Source: Bacteroidales bacterium (GTDB lineage Bacteria > Bacteroidota > Bacteroidia > Bacteroidales > Azobacteroidaceae). From it: 30,168 nucleotides of DNA. The position numbers and the translations under genes were made by a program. Within the stretch, counting starts at the first letter, position 1. Each line of letters starts with the position of its first letter. Location: positions 1-30,168 of the forward strand of contig JAVBSK010000248.1 of NCBI GenBank assembly GCA_031556755.1. Direction: 5' to 3'. Below are positions 27,063 to 30,168 of this stretch, piece after piece. A model generated the notes under the pieces. It worked only from the letters and a program-made list of their open reading frames with translations, was not told where the DNA came from and did not search any database.

Positions 27063-27092
27063 TAAACGAACGGAAAATACCACACGTTTCCG
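27063..27092 (-). terminator. Candidate riboswitch expression-platform terminator
   Basis: Minus strand CGGAAA-cgtgtggtat-TTTCCG followed by TTCGTTTA. It touches a second hairpin, GGCTTT/AAAGCC (27092-27110). Confidence 0.4.
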
Positions 27093-27131
27093 GCTTTTTC
27101 CTCGAAAGCCTTTTGAAACTCACTAAACAAA

Positions 27132-27340
27132 CGGCAGGTCTTCTGACTTACTCTCGTTTTGCACGCCTTCCCACCCCTGAATCCCCTGAAGGGATCTTAC
27201 CTTTTCTTCCTTTAGGAATTTGGGATAGTGGCTTAAGTATTGTGCAAACGCTATAAAGAGCTTACAGCAGCGGGACTGTCCGGGATTTTCACCCGATTCC
27301 CTTTTCATTCTCTTCCCCGAATGAGGATTCGAAAACCGTT
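27132..27340 (-). promoter_or_regulatory. Cobalamin riboswitch (likely class I, AdoCbl-type, with peripheral extension)
   Basis: The minus strand shows GGTT..., AAAAGGGAATCGGGTGAAAATCCCGGACAGTCCCGCTGCTGTAAG (27305-27261), GCCACT (27232-27227), GGGAAGG (27172-27166) and the B12 box AGTCAGAAGACCTGCC (27148-27133), in canonical order upstream of btuB. Confidence 0.95.
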
Positions 27341-27350
27341 GTTGACGCGG

Positions 27351-27380
27351 CAAAGGTAAAACTTTTTTCTATAAATCCAA
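27351..27380 (-). promoter_or_regulatory. Promoter of the riboswitch-btuB-btuG unit
   Basis: -7 box TACCTTTG(CC) at 27358-27351 and TTG at 27380-27378 with a 19 bp spacer, immediately 5' of the aptamer. Confidence 0.75.
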
Positions 27381-27391
27381 CTAGAAAATCA

Positions 27392-28288
27392 CTACTTCAG
27401 CACCTTCCCTTGCGTAAAGTCCCGATACTGAATCGGTGTCATATTATTTCTTTTTTTAAAAAAAGAAGAAAAATATTCCGGATCATCAAAACGTAGTTGG
27501 AACGCAATTTCTTTGGAAGATAAAGATGAATTTGTCAATAACTCTTTGGCCTTTTGCAATTTAAGTTCCTGCACATATTGAGCCGGAGCAAAGCCTGTAT
27601 ATTCCCTGAATTTCCTCCTGAACCAGGAATAACTCATATTAAGGTCCTTGGCGACAAGCTCTAAATCAATGTCTTCCAGAATCCTTTCCCTCAGGACGAC
27701 TTTGGCTTTATTGATTTGAAGTGTCATATTATTTCCTTCAAAAGCTACTTTTTTATCCAGTGAATAAGCCAATCCCAACAAATGATTGACAATCCCTGCC
27801 AACAATTGTTGAAATCCTACTTGTTGGTTCTCCGCCACCTCTATGGCTTGCCGATATAGCTGTATTACCTCGTCGTACAAGCCTATTCTAAATATTGGTT
27901 TTTGTTTATTAAAAAATCCGGTCAACACCCGGTTGTCTATATTGGCGCCCTTAAACCCAATCCAATACTCATCCCATCCGATTTGTTTCTCTGGCCGGTA
28001 ATTATGCCATTCTCCGGGAAATAACAAAAACATACAACCCTCTTTCACAGACTGTTGTTTTGAGGATCCAGATGCAAAATAACCCTTTCCGCGAACGATA
28101 TACAAAAGTTGATACTCGTCCAGTATCCTTCCTTTTTGAGTCGAAAAAAGATAACGGGAAGGATGGTTAGAGGGAGGATATGCCATCTGTGGCGTAATGT
28201 GTTGATATCCTACCGAATTCACGGTAATACCCCACAATAAGTCCGTCTCATTTACAATCAAATATTTTAAATGTATAGCCTCTTTCAT
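27392..28288 (-). CDS. rhaR: AraC-family regulator, Bacteroides RhaR-like
   Basis: N-terminal cupin (WGITVNSVGYQ, HPSRYLF, GRILDEYQLLYI, FPGEWHNYRP, WDEYWIGF); C-terminal double HTH (LNMSYSWFRRKF, FDDPEYFSSFFKK); divergent from rhaB. Confidence 0.85.
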   Translation of the reverse strand: MKEAIHLKYLIVNETDLLWGITVNSVGYQHITPQMAYPPSNHPSRYLFSTQKGRILDEYQLLYIVRGKGYFASGSSKQQSVKEGCMFLLFPGEWHNYRPEKQIGWDEYWIGFKGANIDNRVLTGFFNKQKPIFRIGLYDEVIQLYRQAIEVAENQQVGFQQLLAGIVNHLLGLAYSLDKKVAFEGNNMTLQINKAKVVLRERILEDIDLELVAKDLNMSYSWFRRKFREYTGFAPAQYVQELKLQKAKELLTNSSLSSKEIAFQLRFDDPEYFSSFFKKRNNMTPIQYRDFTQGKVLK

Positions 28289-28327
28289 AGGAATATTTCA
28301 TTGTTTTACTCATCAATAACTTGATTA

Positions 28328-28335
28328 CAAATATA
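28328..28335 (-). promoter_or_regulatory. -7 promoter box for rhaR
   Basis: The minus strand reads TATATTTG, 39 bp upstream of the rhaR ATG. Confidence 0.55.
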
Positions 28336-28402
28336 ATACAAATTAAATCATTTATTCATATAGAAGTGTCAAATAATTCAATATCAATCCTAATATTAAA
28401 CC

Positions 28403-28410
28403 TACCTTTG
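28403..28410 (+). promoter_or_regulatory. -7 promoter box for rhaBA
   Basis: TACCTTTG(TA), 32 bp upstream of the rhaB ATG. Confidence 0.7.
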
Positions 28411-28442
28411 TACATCATCATAAAAACACAAGTTCATAAATC

Positions 28443-29921
28443 ATGAGTAAAAAGTATTTTTTGGCCTTTGATCTGGGTGCAACCAGCGGCAGGTCGATAT
28501 TAGCTTCTATCACAGACGGAAAACTTGAAATGAAAGAATTAACCCGTTTTCCGAATCAAATCATTGAAATTCAAGGCAAATTTTATTGGGACATTTTCGC
28601 GCTCTTCGGCTGCCTTGTAGACGGCTTGCATGCAGCAGCAAAGGAGAATGTAGCCATAGAAGCCATCGGCATCGACACCTGGGGAGTCGATTTTGTTTAT
28701 ATTGGAGAAGATGGCTCCATCCACGGACTACCCAGGGCTTACCGTGATCCATTTACCAATGGCGCTCCTGAGAACTTTTTCAAAATTGTATCGCAAAGAG
28801 AAGTGTATGACCTGACAGGTATTCAAATCATGAATTTCAACAGTCTTTATCAATTATTTGCAGCCAGACAGGAAAAAAGTTCCGCATTAAATGCTGCCAA
28901 GAGTCTGTTATTCATGCCGGATGCACTCTCCTATTTGCTGACTGGAAAACAAGTCTGCGAATATACAATTGCCTCCACCTCTCAGTTTTTAAATCCGAAG
29001 ACAAAAAAGATAGAATCTTCCTTACTGGAAGCTGCCGGAATTTCACCGGAATTGATACAACAACTGGTTTATCCGGGAGAAAAAGTAGGTTTGCTGACAG
29101 TATCTTTGTCCCAGGTTACCGGACTTTCCCAGATTCCCGTGATTGCAGTAGCCGGACATGATACCGGTTCTGCCGTAGCTGCCGTTCCCGCAGAAAACGA
29201 ACGTTTCGCTTACCTCAGTTCCGGAACCTGGTCACTGATGGGTATTGAGACAAAAGACCCGATCATCACAGAAGATTCATATCAGATGAACTTCACTAAC
29301 GAAGGAGGTGTCGACGGCACCACCCGCTTCCTGAAAAACATTACGGGGATGTGGTTACTCGAACAATGTCGCAAGGAATGGTCGAAAGCCGGAAAAGCGT
29401 ACAGCTATCCGGAAATCGTAAAAATGGCGGAATCGGCTCCTGCACTCCAATCTTTTGTCGATTCGGATCATCCCTCTTTTGCGAACCCGCAGAGTATGCT
29501 CAACGCTATTGCCGGATATTGCAAACAAACCGGACAACGAGTTCCTGAAACAGATGCCGAAATCATTCGCTGTATTTTCGAAAGTCTAGCGCTTAAATAC
29601 AGGTCTGTCCTTGACAAATTAGTGAAGCTCGCTCCTTTTTCCATTGAAAGATTGCACGTTATCGGAGGAGGTGCACAGAATAAATTACTGAATCAATGGA
29701 CTGCGAACTCCATCGGAATATCCGTGGTAGCTGGTCCATCCGAAGCAACGGCTATCGGAAACATCATGATGCAGGCCAAAGCTGTCGGCTTAGTAAAAGA
29801 TCTGAAGGGAATGAGACAAGTAATCAAAGACTCTGTCACTCCCGAAACGTTCACTCCCCAGGACAAAGAAGCCTGGACGGCGGCTTACGTGAAATTTTCC
29901 GGAATCATTGAAAAAATCTAG
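28443..29921 (+). CDS. rhaB: Rhamnulokinase (FGGY family)
   Basis: [77 protein letters not shown]; precedes rhaA. Confidence 0.95.
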   Translation: MSKKYFLAFDLGATSGRSILASITDGKLEMKELTRFPNQIIEIQGKFYWDIFALFGCLVDGLHAAAKENVAIEAIGIDTWGVDFVYIGEDGSIHGLPRAYRDPFTNGAPENFFKIVSQREVYDLTGIQIMNFNSLYQLFAARQEKSSALNAAKSLLFMPDALSYLLTGKQVCEYTIASTSQFLNPKTKKIESSLLEAAGISPELIQQLVYPGEKVGLLTVSLSQVTGLSQIPVIAVAGHDTGSAVAAVPAENERFAYLSSGTWSLMGIETKDPIITEDSYQMNFTNEGGVDGTTRFLKNITGMWLLEQCRKEWSKAGKAYSYPEIVKMAESAPALQSFVDSDHPSFANPQSMLNAIAGYCKQTGQRVPETDAEIIRCIFESLALKYRSVLDKLVKLAPFSIERLHVIGGGAQNKLLNQWTANSIGISVVAGPSEATAIGNIMMQAKAVGLVKDLKGMRQVIKDSVTPETFTPQDKEAWTAAYVKFSGIIEKI

Positions 29922-29971
29922 CTTATAAATTTGATAATCAGGAGTTAAAAACATATTCTAAAATAAAAATC

Positions 29972-30168
29972 ATGAACAAGAACGAATTAACAAGGAAAGC
30001 GTACGAAATCGCAAAAGAGCGGTATGCAGCAGTTGGAGTGGATGTAGATAATGCGTTGGAGAAGCTTCAGGAAATATCTATTTCCATCCACTGTTGGCAG
30101 GCTGATGATGTGACTGGATTCGAGAAATTAGATAACCTGGGCGGAGGAGGCATACAAGCCACAGGAAA
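29972..30168 (+). CDS. rhaA: L-rhamnose isomerase, partial (N-terminal 65 aa; runs off the window end)
   Basis: Not in the ORF track; hand translation [65 protein letters not shown] contains the RhaA signature SIHCWQxDDV.GFE...GGIQATG. Confidence 0.93.
   Translation, partial: MNKNELTRKAYEIAKERYAAVGVDVDNALEKLQEISISIHCWQADDVTGFEKLDNLGGGGIQATG

Noticed and set aside
27123-27353. 76 aa minus-strand ORF upstream of btuB
   Set aside because: It coincides with the cobalamin riboswitch aptamer, and the RNA motifs fully explain the sequence.
1-30168. Search for tRNA, rRNA, CRISPR arrays, IS or integrase genes, toxin-antitoxin or defence genes, invertible promoters and frameshifted genes
   Set aside because: None recognised by eye. 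The major ORFs are intact and tile the window, and the intergenic gaps are under 350 bp. tRNAscan-SE, Infernal and a repeat finder would be needed to exclude small elements formally.

Overview
Bacteroidales chromosomal window, mostly core genes. The lineage call rests on the protein families and on TAnnTTTG -7 promoter boxes upstream of most transcription units. Left to right: a truncated membrane protein, lipA and dpp4 (minus strand); an uncharacterised polytopic LIC_10190-like (possibly GT-C) membrane protein divergent from a GNAT that resembles bacterial ceramide synthase; parE-coaD-S41 protease-LpxL-family acyltransferase; serC-pgk-cinA-outer-membrane beta-barrel; methylmalonyl-CoA mutase mutAB; phoH-purC-aroE; a cobalamin-riboswitch-controlled btuB-btuG pair; and the start of a rhamnose locus (rhaR divergent from rhaB-rhaA). 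I saw no tRNA, rRNA, CRISPR array, transposase, integrase or defence gene. I cannot demonstrate a new multi-gene system from sequence alone. The best leads are a possible envelope or sphingolipid modification module around the ceramide-synthase-like GNAT, a Cys cluster plus insertion in the mutase small subunit, two related CAC-periodic palindromic elements, and several apparent departures from usual Bacteroidales gene order. All family and synteny statements come from memory, not from database searches.
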